NCBI GenBank assembly: GCA_963977015.1
Contig: CAXBMO010000019.1
Coordinates: 1 to 64,000 of the forward strand
Direction of reading: 5' to 3'
From: an uncultured bacterium
GTDB taxonomy: Bacteria; Verrucomicrobiota; Verrucomicrobiia; Verrucomicrobiales; DEV007
Length of the DNA: 64,000 nt
Positions 9,101 through 18,280 of this stretch are shown here, piece by piece. Both the position numbers and the translations under genes were made by a program. Numbering within the stretch: the first letter of the stretch is position 1; every line of letters starts with the position of its first letter. The notes beneath the pieces are model-generated. The model ran no database searches. It was given only the letters and a program-made list of their open reading frames with translations, and was not told the origin of the DNA.

Positions 9101-10944
9101 TTGTGGTGGGTTTGCGAGACTTGCCGATCGTCGATGATCCCAGAGGCGTAAAGGAAACCCAACCGGAGCCGGAAGGCGATCCGAGTCCCATCCTGGGAAG
9201 TTTGCGTGGGTGGAGCGCGGATCCCAACTATCCGGTCGATTTGTCCAAAGCCGAGGGGATTGATGATTTCGTCCAAGTCATCGCCGTCCAACACCCCTGG
9301 GATGAAAACCAGCCGAGCTTCGGGTGGGCAGCTCTAATGGCGAATGGCCAAGTTGTGTCGAGCAGCGGGCGGGGGGAAGAATTGACCAACGTGACTCGCT
9401 TGATCGAAGGGAGGCACAGTTTCGGTGCCATTCTGAAAGATGGTTCCGTGGTGAGCTACGACAACCACGGCAGCGCCCATACGGTACTGCCATCTGGCAC
9501 GCATCCGGTCGACGCGGCGATGACTGCGGGGAAGGGTTTGGCGATTGATGGGGATGGCAGGCTCAGGATGTGGGGAATGGAAAAGTGGCCGCCTCCGCCC
9601 GCTGGCTTGCTTAGTCGCCGGATCCGCGACGTTGGCGTGACGCCACCCTTTGTCTGTGTCTTGACGGACGAGGGCCGAATCGTGGTTTGGGGACAAGAAG
9701 GAGAGTTGGAGTTGCCCGCGGTCATGCTGGAGGGCGTTGACGAGATGGTGGTCATGGACAATGTCCGGATCGCCTTCCGAAAAGGCAACGACGTTCGCGT
9801 CTATCAGGTTGACAAGGATGATGTTAGGCCAGTGGTGGGAACACCGGATTCGATTCAAGGGTTCAAGTTGGCGCACGAAGTGCTTTTGATGGAGGGAGAG
9901 GATGGCGAACGAGTTGTCTGGGGCAAAGGAGTCGAGCGCTGTCGGCAGATTGGCCGCCTCCTTTCCGAACTGCCCGAAACTGCTCCCTACGCAGTGTGGA
10001 TCTACACCAAAGTGGACTTGATCTTTCATCTTGAGCCAAAAGCGCCGATTGATCCCAATCCAAAGATCGAAGGCCGGCTCCGCGCTTGGGCCTCACCGGA
10101 GAGCGATCTTCGATTCGATGTCTCCAAAGCAGAGGGGATCGACGATTTCACGCAGGTGATTCAAGTCGTGAGCGGCTCCGGAAACTATACCGAGTCCACC
10201 GACTGGGCGGCGCTCCGCGCCAATGGAAGGATCGTTTCCAGCAACGGCCGCAGTGAAACGGTCGAAAACGCGGTGAAATTGATCCCGTGTGCGATTTCTT
10301 TTGGAGCGATTACGGAAGACGGGCGGGCGATCTACCTTCGAGAGAGTGAACCGGAATACGCTCCCCTGGAAATCGGGGAACGTGCGGTGGACGGCGCTTT
10401 CGCCGGGAGTCACGGTCTGGTCATTCTCGAAGATGGATCGTTGAAACACTGGGGCCAGAAATACGAGGGATCCGACGCCTGGCCGCCGCCGCCAACGGGG
10501 GTTCTCAACTCCCGAATCGCTAGCGTGCAGGCAAGTGGACTTCATGCGCTCGCCGTAACGGAGGGTGGAGATCTTTTCGTCTGGGGGAAAGATGGCCTGG
10601 TCGAACTCCCGGAAGAAATTCGAACCGGCATCGACGACTTGGACGGTAATCAGATGGCGGGATTCGCCGTGCGAAAGGGTGGCGCCGCGTGGAACTACTT
10701 GATCCTCCAGCAAAGACTGAAGCGCCTCGAATTGCCGGATGGAAAGCCGGTGGCGCGGCTTCACACCCAGGCAAGAATCCATCATCTCATCGAAGGCACG
10801 GACGGCGAATTTCACATTCCCGTTGGCCCTTTTGAGGCGCTGAGCGGAAGGCTTTCCAAGTTGCCGAAAAATGTCCCCCACGCGGCGGCGGCGATCGACC
10901 GGGACGGCACCAGAGTCGAGATGTTGCTCTACATCGAGCCTTAG
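6190..10944 (+). CDS. Hanks-type Ser/Thr protein kinase with one TM and four extracytoplasmic repeat modules (RCC1/BLIP-II-like)
   Basis: LGRGGMGAVY, VAIK, HRDIKPAN, DFGLA, GTPIYSAPE; TM LALWVSLIGVVGLAVAAFFFI; HAIALTEDGDVVCWG-type repeats. Confidence 0.92.
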   Translation: MSEQEPQPLDPNEPTEVDAGAAFAMGANSTNPSAMAGWKPPEPSELDPLLPNYSVEKLLGRGGMGAVYKAIQKNLKRPVAIKLLPAEMAQADPSFAERFRREAQAMAALDHPNIVTVFDFGETSAGHYYFVMEYVDGMDFHQLIHSNQLDAVGALNAVSQICDALEYAHSKGYVHRDIKPANIFINQSGILKVGDFGLAKMITSDEPVSSVKEAHLTRTGISMGTPIYSAPEQMDGRPVDQRADIYSLGVMFYEMLTHELPRGRFPPPSQKVQVDVRLDQVVLKAMESEPEMRYASATEMRTEVDEVRSGETASQPVAGKKPNGLALWVSLIGVVGLAVAAFFFIRPQLKEETEKAVKPSLPARPAEEHALHPVEANPPTKIESIAGGQGRPVLVDLFPDNDVEFNSLPPELDGVISAAILPADPKITYFVRKNGRLWMRKDTNEHWIHEASSVRDVLCTYRPYAITEAGDLIRPTYGQGRRWQVHAAGPWIDVAPGMGMLVGINRDRKLVSIPSFADDQEKHSRRFRLPEFENATQVSLGGGTGMVMDQEGNWREWGWNALKGLQNPDYSLKMKSVGAGGDMDLAITHDGKVVMYRAKPSSDIRGQLESIRDAEAIFSASGAQGAFAIRLKGNRWRVLFKSDKGLKIVDPAITDALTGCREVALIQEVAIGLRDLPEEEPEIPSIANGKGRPTILSLDPAVPDPQVPPEFDGIVAASVPPEHRETLVRDHRTCFVRKDGTGWDFNAYTNRLIHKMDGVRDVALNGADHCWLSEGGEMIPWPGTHEDKIHAIPKGPFSRLEAGHTVYFGLGSAGDIAAWPVNEHPLKHPPELESVVDLDGGKKHAIALTEDGDVVCWGVGFEGSTTVPLALKNVRVVSVGAVDDGSIAITESGEVVSWGGGIRPELKAALDSITDAEKVFTESAGQKALAIKRTGKKWFVWVNFKGNGYALPPEQLAKLEGCDEVALGGRFVVGLRDLPIVDDPRGVKETQPEPEGDPSPILGSLRGWSADPNYPVDLSKAEGIDDFVQVIAVQHPWDENQPSFGWAALMANGQVVSSSGRGEELTNVTRLIEGRHSFGAILKDGSVVSYDNHGSAHTVLPSGTHPVDAAMTAGKGLAIDGDGRLRMWGMEKWPPPPAGLLSRRIRDVGVTPPFVCVLTDEGRIVVWGQEGELELPAVMLEGVDEMVVMDNVRIAFRKGNDVRVYQVDKDDVRPVVGTPDSIQGFKLAHEVLLMEGEDGERVVWGKGVERCRQIGRLLSELPETAPYAVWIYTKVDLIFHLEPKAPIDPNPKIEGRLRAWASPESDLRFDVSKAEGIDDFTQVIQVVSGSGNYTESTDWAALRANGRIVSSNGRSETVENAVKLIPCAISFGAITEDGRAIYLRESEPEYAPLEIGERAVDGAFAGSHGLVILEDGSLKHWGQKYEGSDAWPPPPTGVLNSRIASVQASGLHALAVTEGGDLFVWGKDGLVELPEEIRTGIDDLDGNQMAGFAVRKGGAAWNYLILQQRLKRLELPDGKPVARLHTQARIHHLIEGTDGEFHIPVGPFEALSGRLSKLPKNVPHAAAAIDRDGTRVEMLLYIEP

Positions 10945-11030
10945 AGTTCCGGCGCCACCCAGTCTGAACCGGAATAATCTATCATGGTTTCCGTGATGCC
11001 TCGTTTCGCAGTTCCTAGGAACCAGGTGTA

Positions 11031-11057
11031 GGCCGAGTTCACCAACTGAACTCGGCC
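11031..11057. other. Perfect 11-bp stem-loop upstream of the Zn-finger membrane gene
   Basis: GGCCGAGTTCA-CCAAC-TGAACTCGGCC; no U-tract; a 12-bp palindrome GTTCCTAGGAAC lies at 11011-11022. Confidence 0.6.
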
Positions 11058-11088
11058 AGCTAACCAACACCAAACCATCTTCATTCCC

Positions 11089-11511
11089 ATGGAACAACGA
11101 TGCTCAGCCTGCGGAGGCAGAGGCCGCCGTGAAATCATGCAAGGCCACCTGGATGGCAGTAGCTTTCCCCAAACCGTCGACTGCGATGTTTGCGGTGGAA
11201 GCGGGCGTCTCTACACGCCCGATCGTCCGTCTCGAAGCCGAACGAACTCCCGCCGTCCACCCACCGGAATCACAGAAATCGAGAGCCTCCTGGCGAAGAT
11301 CCTGATCGTCTGCATCTTTGGAGGCGCCTTCGGGCTGTGTCTGGGTCAGACGACCCTGCACCCCATCGGAGCGCTGATCCTCGGAGGACTGGCGGCGTTC
11401 GTCTCTGCAAAACTGCTATTTGGTCCCCTGCGCGGCCTGCTCAAGCTTGTCAAGTTTCTGTTGGCAGCGGCGATCGTCATCGTTGTTCTCGCCGTCATCG
11501 CCAAGGCGTAG
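11089..11511 (+). CDS. Small membrane protein with a DnaJ-type CxxCxGxG zinc-binding pair
   Basis: CSACGGRG and CDVCGGSG followed by three hydrophobic segments. Confidence 0.7.
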   Translation: MEQRCSACGGRGRREIMQGHLDGSSFPQTVDCDVCGGSGRLYTPDRPSRSRTNSRRPPTGITEIESLLAKILIVCIFGGAFGLCLGQTTLHPIGALILGGLAAFVSAKLLFGPLRGLLKLVKFLLAAAIVIVVLAVIAKA

Positions 11512-11571
11512 TTCAGCCAATCGATTGCGCTTGCCGGGTTCTGTGTTGAATTTGGAGTCAACACAAGCCCG

Positions 11572-12255
11572 ATGCCCCAATCCTTCCAATCCACGCGCTG
11601 GAGTCTGATCCAGCAAGTCGCCGCAACGGACCTTCAACAGCGCGAAGCGGCGTGGCGGGAGTTTGACCAGCTTTACCGCGAACCGTTGCTTGGTTTCATT
11701 CGCCGCGTTGGTTGGGGCAAGGAAGAGGCGGAGGACTTGCTTCAGGGGTTTTTGGCGAAGCTGGCCGAGCGCGATTGGCTCAAGGCCGCCGATCCGGACC
11801 GGGGCAAGATGCGAACCTTTTTGCTGAGCAAGTTGAAGGGGCATCTGAGTGATGCGCGAAAGTTCCAAAAGGCTCAGAAACGGGGAGGAGATGCGGTCTT
11901 CATTTCGCTGGATGAGTTGCCTGATATTGCGGATACCACCTTGGATATCGAGTTTGATCGGGAATGGGCCCAGGCGATTTTGAGTCGGGCCTTGGCCAAG
12001 TTGCAAACCGAATCAGAGGCGAAAGGGCAGGGGGAGGTCTATGCACGATTGCGTTCCCAATTGACAGGTGATGCACTGGATAAACTGCGCGATGCGGCGG
12101 CCAAGCTTGGGGAAACCGAGGGGGCGTTGCGGATGCAGTTGTCTCGTCTGCGCGAGCGGTTTCGGAAGGTGTTGCGTGAGGAAGTGGCGGAAACCCTGTT
12201 ACCGGATGAGGATATTTCTGAGGAAATGCGTTACTTGGCTGAGATCTTGAGTTGA
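11572..12255 (+). CDS. ECF RNA polymerase sigma factor (PVC type often found with Ser/Thr kinases)
   Basis: FQSTRWSLI, LYREPLLGFIRR, AEDLLQGF, ADPDRGKMRTFLL, FDREWA, C-terminal HTH ending RLRERFR. Confidence 0.85.
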   Translation: MPQSFQSTRWSLIQQVAATDLQQREAAWREFDQLYREPLLGFIRRVGWGKEEAEDLLQGFLAKLAERDWLKAADPDRGKMRTFLLSKLKGHLSDARKFQKAQKRGGDAVFISLDELPDIADTTLDIEFDREWAQAILSRALAKLQTESEAKGQGEVYARLRSQLTGDALDKLRDAAAKLGETEGALRMQLSRLRERFRKVLREEVAETLLPDEDISEEMRYLAEILS

Positions 12256-12284
12256 AACGAGGAGGGGCCTGTAATCACCGGAAC

Positions 12285-15200
12285 TCATGAACCGGGAGAA
12301 AACCGGATCGAGACCTTCTTTTCTTCGTTCACCGGAATTGTGAAACTCTGGCTCCAGGTCGCGGATTCCGCGTCGTAATCCGTTTGCCAGAAGTCGTTCC
12401 CGTGAACGCTTTGGTCGACCGGTTTGCCATCGATCGTCAGCCGGTAACCTTGATGCGAAGAAAGCCCGGTAAAGGTGATCGGGACATAGCCAAGCCCGCC
12501 GGTGAGGGTGAACGCCGCTTCGTCTTCCACGGTGCGGATCCGGACGTCCGGAAAGCGGCGAATCAGCGTTCCCTTCTCCATCTGAACCTGGCGCGCATTG
12601 CCGGAAGCTTCGCGATGAATCATGCGCCAGGTGTTCTCATGTTGCTCCAGCGCGGTGCGCAGCGACGCGTTCGGGCCATAGTAGTCGGCGGCGAATTGGG
12701 GCATGACGAGGTGCTCAATCACGGCTTCGACGTAGTCGCCCGGTTGAAGCCGGGTAACGCCGGGTGGCGGGATCAGGTCGATCGTCGAGGAAACGGTTTT
12801 GCCGGAAAGATTGAGCCCGCGTTCGGAAAACCAGGGATCGGCCTTCTTCCCACCAAGTTGGGCCTCCCAGGATCGAATCACGATCCCGCGATTGGCATTG
12901 GCGCCGGTTTGATCCGGCTTGTGGGGAACGGATTCGTGCAGGGAAATCCACGGATTCTCTCCCTCCGCCAACATCGGTTCTCCTCGATAGATGTTTCCTC
13001 CCCACTGCGTTGGCCACTCCCGAATCAGCCCCGACTCATTCCCAATCGCCATCTTCTTTTCGGAGGAGGATTGGTAGTGGTCCGCACCGACCTGAAAAAT
13101 CGCGAAGCGGGAAAATGGGACAGGCTTGGTCACGTCCATCCGGATGCGGTAAATCCCGCGAACCAGATCATCCGTCCGGCCGAGGCTAACCGTGATTGAG
13201 TGATCTATCGCGGTGCCGATTGCTCCATGATAGCGAACCTCGGTCAGGCACGGGCCATAACGGAGATAGTCGGCCTGCATGTTCGAGTGGGGAAGGCGGC
13301 TCCCGGCGGGATCGAAAAGGCGCAAGACATCCCCGCCGCCGACGTTGTTGGTCCATCCCCAATCCCGGCCCACAGTCATCGAATTCACCATCAACGGGCG
13401 CACATCCATGATCGTGCAGCCGCGTTGAACCTGAGCGGGTTCGTAGCAAATGCTCTCGCCCCAGGAGCCGAGGGCGCTTTGATCCCAACGCTGATTGCTG
13501 CCCCAGCCGATCAGGCTGAGTTGGGCGTGGGAAGCCGCGGCGACGCCTCCCCAATGTCCGTAGCAAATCGTCAACTCCAGTTCGGTCGTCGAATTGGCGG
13601 GGAGGCGAGCCTGGGTGATTCCGTGAAACCATTGCCCGCTGTAAACGGATTCCTCTGGATGCGAGTGCCAGTTCTTGCTGAGTTGAATGGGAAGGCCGGT
13701 CGGGTTTCCGTCGGTGTCGCGGAGGATGGCGGAGATCCCGGTGATGGGAGTGCCGATCCGCTGGCGAATTCCCCGGGAGGACTTTTCGAACATGAGCCGC
13801 GCTGGCTGTTCGGCGGAAGACGAGTTGGTCAGCACGAGCTTCACCCGTTCGAGCGCGTCGTTGCTCGGATTGGCTCCTCCGGAAGGAGCAGTCGGCTCGA
13901 TCCCATCCAGATTGATGCGATGCCAACCCGTTCCCAGTTCGAACGTTACCGGTCGCGCCGCGCCGCCGGAAATTTCCGAGGCTTCGATCTGGATTTCGCG
14001 ACTCGGCCCCAGCGTTGCAAAGGCGTCCGGATCAACGGCCAGCGACACCTTCCGTTCCCCGGCATCACTCCACGACGCGCCGTTCGGCAGTTCCCATTTC
14101 GAGCGCAAGGTTTTCCGGCCGTTGCTCAGTTCGATCTCCAGGCTGGCCGCGTTCCACGATTCGGTGAGGCGTTTGAGCGAAGCCGGAATGTCGTCGCGGA
14201 AGGTCCACTCACCGGTGGGTTTCAAGGTGGGGTGCTTCGCCTCCGGCCGATTGTGGCGAAGCCGGAGTTCCTGCTCGGTCAAGGCGCGATCATAAAGCCG
14301 GATCTCATCAACCACGCCGCGAAATCGAAACCCATCACCTGCGTTATCCAGACGCCGCCCAATGGCAATCGCTCCCGGCACCGGCACGCGTTCGCGCCCA
14401 ATCTCCGTTTCGGCAAGCGTGCGCCCGTTGCCATAGAGCCGCAGTCGCTCGCCATCGTAGCTCACCGCGAGGTGATTCCACGCTCCCAGTTTGAGCTGGC
14501 ACTTCGGGTTGCGTTTCGTCGTGAACGCCTGTTCGCGGCCACCGCCCAAATTCAAATGCGCCTGAGCCATCCCGCCGCGGGAAATCATGATTCCGTAATT
14601 TCCGTTCGCCTGCTCATGCTTGTTTTTGCAAACGAGCCAGGGCGACGTTCTTCCCACCTGATAATCCATCGGAACAAAGGCCCAGAGTTCCAGAGTAAAC
14701 TCCTTTGAGTCGGGCGCCGATTCGGCGGGAATCTCAAAATGCAGGCTCTCGTTCAGGCCAAAACCGCCGCGAACCCGGCCGAAAGCGTCCTCGCCGGATT
14801 CCAGGGGCAGAACTCCTGGGCGCGCCGCCAGCACGAATCCGAGCCGATCGGGCCACGCCGCCGTTTCGAACCGGGTCTCGGCATTCAAGGTCGTCCCGTC
14901 CTCCGCCGCAAACACCAGATCCGTAACATCGCCACGCTGAAACCATCGCCCCGATTCGATCAATCGAGGTCCACCATTCCGGGTCCATTCACCGCCTGAC
15001 GTGCATCGATACCGTTTTCCATCCACCGTCATGCGCAACGTCAGGTCCAAACCCGGTAATTGATCGATTTCCGTGGAAGCGGGACCGAAATGCGGAATCT
15101 GTAACTTCTCCGTATCCAGCACCAGGGCGTAGTTGCCGGTTTGAATGCAGCGTTCCCACGGTGCGCCCTCAACCACGCTCGGAAATCCCTCCTTCCACCA

Positions 15201-15308
15201 CATCGACGTGTGATCGGAGGGACGCGGCATCAACTTGCCGATGTCTGCAGCTTCGAGAAGGTTGGCGCCGAGAACGATGGGAAAAAGAAGGATGCGTGTC
15301 AGCTTCAT
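12285..15308 (-). CDS. Secreted LamG-like jellyroll domain protein
   Basis: Signal peptide; FTLELW, WNHLAVSYDGERLRLYGNG, FRGVVDEIRLYDRALT; other regions unassigned. Confidence 0.8.
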   Translation of the reverse strand: MKLTRILLFPIVLGANLLEAADIGKLMPRPSDHTSMWWKEGFPSVVEGAPWERCIQTGNYALVLDTEKLQIPHFGPASTEIDQLPGLDLTLRMTVDGKRYRCTSGGEWTRNGGPRLIESGRWFQRGDVTDLVFAAEDGTTLNAETRFETAAWPDRLGFVLAARPGVLPLESGEDAFGRVRGGFGLNESLHFEIPAESAPDSKEFTLELWAFVPMDYQVGRTSPWLVCKNKHEQANGNYGIMISRGGMAQAHLNLGGGREQAFTTKRNPKCQLKLGAWNHLAVSYDGERLRLYGNGRTLAETEIGRERVPVPGAIAIGRRLDNAGDGFRFRGVVDEIRLYDRALTEQELRLRHNRPEAKHPTLKPTGEWTFRDDIPASLKRLTESWNAASLEIELSNGRKTLRSKWELPNGASWSDAGERKVSLAVDPDAFATLGPSREIQIEASEISGGAARPVTFELGTGWHRINLDGIEPTAPSGGANPSNDALERVKLVLTNSSSAEQPARLMFEKSSRGIRQRIGTPITGISAILRDTDGNPTGLPIQLSKNWHSHPEESVYSGQWFHGITQARLPANSTTELELTICYGHWGGVAAASHAQLSLIGWGSNQRWDQSALGSWGESICYEPAQVQRGCTIMDVRPLMVNSMTVGRDWGWTNNVGGGDVLRLFDPAGSRLPHSNMQADYLRYGPCLTEVRYHGAIGTAIDHSITVSLGRTDDLVRGIYRIRMDVTKPVPFSRFAIFQVGADHYQSSSEKKMAIGNESGLIREWPTQWGGNIYRGEPMLAEGENPWISLHESVPHKPDQTGANANRGIVIRSWEAQLGGKKADPWFSERGLNLSGKTVSSTIDLIPPPGVTRLQPGDYVEAVIEHLVMPQFAADYYGPNASLRTALEQHENTWRMIHREASGNARQVQMEKGTLIRRFPDVRIRTVEDEAAFTLTGGLGYVPITFTGLSSHQGYRLTIDGKPVDQSVHGNDFWQTDYDAESATWSQSFTIPVNEEKKVSIRFSPGS

Positions 15309-15580
15309 GGTTGGTCAAAGGCAAACTTTTCGGGGTCGGGATTGCAACTGAATTCGGGAGCGTTCCGAAACCGGTTTCCAGTCAGGGAAGGAACGAAGCG
15401 GATTTTTCTGGTTTCAAGCGGCTCGACCTCGTTAAGCTGGGAACCCCGAATCCATGTCCGAAACCCCTGCCATTCACCCACGTAACGTCCGTCGTCGGTT
15501 TCTCGACCGGTTCCTTCATCAACTGGGCCGCAAGTCCTCAAGGGACGCGGTCTCGACCACGCCTGGATTCTGAAGCTGTC

Positions 15581-16516
15581 ATGATCTCCCACTCTCGCCG
15601 ATCCTGGCTCCAACTTTCAGCCGCTGGCCTCGCGGTCCCCGGTTTGCTTCGCGGGGCAAGCTCAGGGCGCCGCATTCCCAATCCCATCAGCCATGGAACC
15701 TATGGCCTTCCCGGGTATTCGCTCACGGGCGCGATTCAGCTCATTGCCGAAACAGGTTTTGATTCGATCGAGATCGCGGCCATGCCCGGGTATCACGGAG
15801 CACCCGATCAGGTTTCGAAAAAGGAACGTGGCGCGATTCGGGCGCGGCTGAAGGATTCCCAGTTGGAACTGGGCGCGTTGATGGGGTTGCCCACCCCAAA
15901 TTCCGCCAGGCAAGCCGCGAATACCGTGGTGGTCGAGCAAATGCTGGAATTGGCGAGCGATTTGGCTCCTGACAAAGCGCCCCTGATTCAGGGCGTGCTC
16001 GGCGGAGGAAACTGGAACGATAAACAGGCCTTGTTTCGCGATTGCCTCGGGCCATGGGTTGATCTCGCCTCGCAGGCCGGAGTAAAGCTCGCCATCAAAC
16101 CGCATCGTGGTCACGCGATGTCACTTCCGCAGCACGCAATCTGGTTGATCGAGCAACTCGATGCTGCGGGAAAGTTGACCATGGTTTATGATCACAGTCA
16201 TTTTGCCTTTCGCGATCTGCCGGTGCGCGAAACCGTAGAAACGGCATTGCCGCACACCAGCTATCTTGTGATGAAGGATGCCGTTTTGCGTGACGGAGAT
16301 GTGCGCTTCGCGTTGCCGGGAACCTGCGAAACCATTCCTCACGCAGCCATCTTAAGGCAGTTCATGGAAGGTAGTTATCACGGTGACATCTGTTCCGAGG
16401 TGAGTTCGCAGGTTTGGAAGGCGGAAGGCTACGATGCGGTGAAAGCGACGGAAACCTGCTTCGCGAATCTCCAACGGATCGCGGATGAAGCTGCGCAAGA
16501 AAGGAGTCGGCCATGA
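15581..16516 (+). CDS. Sugar phosphate isomerase/epimerase (xylose-isomerase-like TIM barrel) with Tat signal
   Basis: SRRSWL twin-arginine signal, GFDSIEI, AIKPH, YDHSH, KD, SEVS; start set at ATG 15581. Confidence 0.8.
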   Translation: MISHSRRSWLQLSAAGLAVPGLLRGASSGRRIPNPISHGTYGLPGYSLTGAIQLIAETGFDSIEIAAMPGYHGAPDQVSKKERGAIRARLKDSQLELGALMGLPTPNSARQAANTVVVEQMLELASDLAPDKAPLIQGVLGGGNWNDKQALFRDCLGPWVDLASQAGVKLAIKPHRGHAMSLPQHAIWLIEQLDAAGKLTMVYDHSHFAFRDLPVRETVETALPHTSYLVMKDAVLRDGDVRFALPGTCETIPHAAILRQFMEGSYHGDICSEVSSQVWKAEGYDAVKATETCFANLQRIADEAAQERSRP

Positions 16517-17586
16517 AGTTTACTCACCTCTTTCCCATGATGTTTCTCGCGGTATTCGGCCTGGCTCATGCCCAGGAACAACGGATCCTGACCCTGTTCA
16601 ACGCGCAGGATGCGGACGGGGACGGGAGAATTTCCGCAGCGGAGGCGAAACTCCTCTTCAAGCGCAATTTCAGCCGGATGGACCGGAATGGAGATCAGTT
16701 CATCGATCGGGATGAACTGCGGATGCCGGCCAATCGTCGCCCCGGAGGTGGGACCGCGGCTATTCCGGAGCCGGATCATGCCAACGTGAAGTACGGGGAA
16801 CACGAGCGGTGCGTCATGGATATCTGGTTGGCGGAAGGCGAAGGGAGAAGCCCCGTCGTCATCTCTGTTCATGGAGGCGGTTTCGTGGGTGGCGACAAAA
16901 CGTTGGCCTCCCGCGCCGTGGCGGAATATCTCGGGAAAGGTGTCACCTTTGTTTCGATCAATTATCCCTACAAAAATCAGGTCCCCTGGCCGGAGGTATT
17001 TCCTCAGGCGGTGCGGTCGATCCAGTTTTTGCGGCATTACTCGGACCGCTACCAGATCGATCCCAACCGCGTCGCGATGATAGGAGGTTCAGCCGGTGGT
17101 GGCATGACGTTGTGGGCACTCTTTCACGACGATTTGGCGGATCCGGATTCGGCCGATCCAGTTGCCCGGGAATCGAGCAAGCCTCAGTGTGGAGTGGCGA
17201 TGAGTGCCCAGGCGACCTACGATCAACTGATCTGGCACGAGATCCTGGGCGTGGAGGAAGCCGCCGTGACCGCGCTGAAAAGCCGGGAGGAGCTGGCGTC
17301 CTGGCTGGGAATTGAGGCCGGGGAACTCACCAGCGCCAAAGGGATCGAGCTGCGAAAACGCATCGACATGCTGCAGATGATCGATCGACACGACTCACCG
17401 GTGATGCTGGTCAACCCGCGGCCGAATGAGTTGCCCGGCGATCTCGTGCACCACCCGATTCACAGCATCGCCGTCAAAGAAAAATGCGATGCGGTTGGCC
17501 TTGAGTGCAAACTCATCCTGGCCACCACACCGCAAACGGAGCGCATCCGCAATATCGACTTCATCCTCGAGCACCTGGGCCCCTGA
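16513..17586 (+). CDS. Alpha/beta hydrolase (esterase) with two N-terminal EF-hands
   Basis: DADGDGRISAAE and DRNGDQFIDRDE; HGGG oxyanion hole; GGSAG nucleophile; ATGA overlap with upstream gene. Confidence 0.85.
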   Translation: MKFTHLFPMMFLAVFGLAHAQEQRILTLFNAQDADGDGRISAAEAKLLFKRNFSRMDRNGDQFIDRDELRMPANRRPGGGTAAIPEPDHANVKYGEHERCVMDIWLAEGEGRSPVVISVHGGGFVGGDKTLASRAVAEYLGKGVTFVSINYPYKNQVPWPEVFPQAVRSIQFLRHYSDRYQIDPNRVAMIGGSAGGGMTLWALFHDDLADPDSADPVARESSKPQCGVAMSAQATYDQLIWHEILGVEEAAVTALKSREELASWLGIEAGELTSAKGIELRKRIDMLQMIDRHDSPVMLVNPRPNELPGDLVHHPIHSIAVKEKCDAVGLECKLILATTPQTERIRNIDFILEHLGP

Positions 17587-17632
17587 AGGGGAGGGATTCG
17601 AAGGGGATCGAGATTCGGACGAAGAAACGCCA

Positions 17633-18259
17633 TCACGACTTTCTGGTGAGCGGAGTCTTCAAAACGTCCACGATGTAGCGTTCCACATATTCGGGCAGAC
17701 CGGTAGCCTGCGACATCAGCTCGAAACGCTCGGAAAGCGCTCCGTCTTCATCCACCGCAAGATGCACGATGCGCCAGGTATTGAGCGGGGCATCTTCCGA
17801 GCCGCTCACTCCGTGGACCACGTGAAAGAGCGGCTGCTTGGTCGAAGCGGTAATTGTCCGCCCCGCATCATCCTCAACCTCGGGCAGACCAATGAAAGTC
17901 ACTCGCTGGCTTGCGTGGTTCAGATGGCAGGCTTCGATCACGGTGCCATAACTGTCTGGCTGCAGCCAAAGGCGTTGCTCGGAGACGCGGATGAAGACTT
18001 CGTCACCACTTGCCAGCTCACGACGGCCCCAGCTGCGGGCAGTTCCCGCGCGGATCACACCGGGAATGAAGAGATCGGGGCGGGCGGCTTTCCTGACCTC
18101 CATGTCCCAAAGCTGGGTGCGGGTCAGGGAAAATCCTTCGACGCCGTCATACTCATCGGCGAGGACCTGATTCACGTCCAGTGGTTCGAGTTCGATACTG
18201 GTGTGGCCGTCGCCGTTCCAGGCCGCGGCAAAGATGGCTTCATGGTTGTCCTGATTCAT
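17633..18259 (-). CDS. Hypothetical protein, possibly AtaL/DUF1857 (SRPBCC-like)
   Basis: LTRTQLWDMEVRKAARPDLFIP resembles the AtaL-like N-terminal motif; family call tentative. Confidence 0.55.
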   Translation of the reverse strand: MNQDNHEAIFAAAWNGDGHTSIELEPLDVNQVLADEYDGVEGFSLTRTQLWDMEVRKAARPDLFIPGVIRAGTARSWGRRELASGDEVFIRVSEQRLWLQPDSYGTVIEACHLNHASQRVTFIGLPEVEDDAGRTITASTKQPLFHVVHGVSGSEDAPLNTWRIVHLAVDEDGALSERFELMSQATGLPEYVERYIVDVLKTPLTRKS

Positions 18260-18280
18260 GATGGTGTCCGTATTTTTTTT

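Noticed and set aside
13200-14708. 502-aa plus-strand ORF (and similar ORFs at 20098-21447 and 51933-53168)
   Set aside because: Antisense shadows of well-supported genes
15161-15580. N-terminal extension of the TIM-barrel ORF
   Set aside because: Overlaps the divergent LamG gene start; the Tat signal defines the start at 15581
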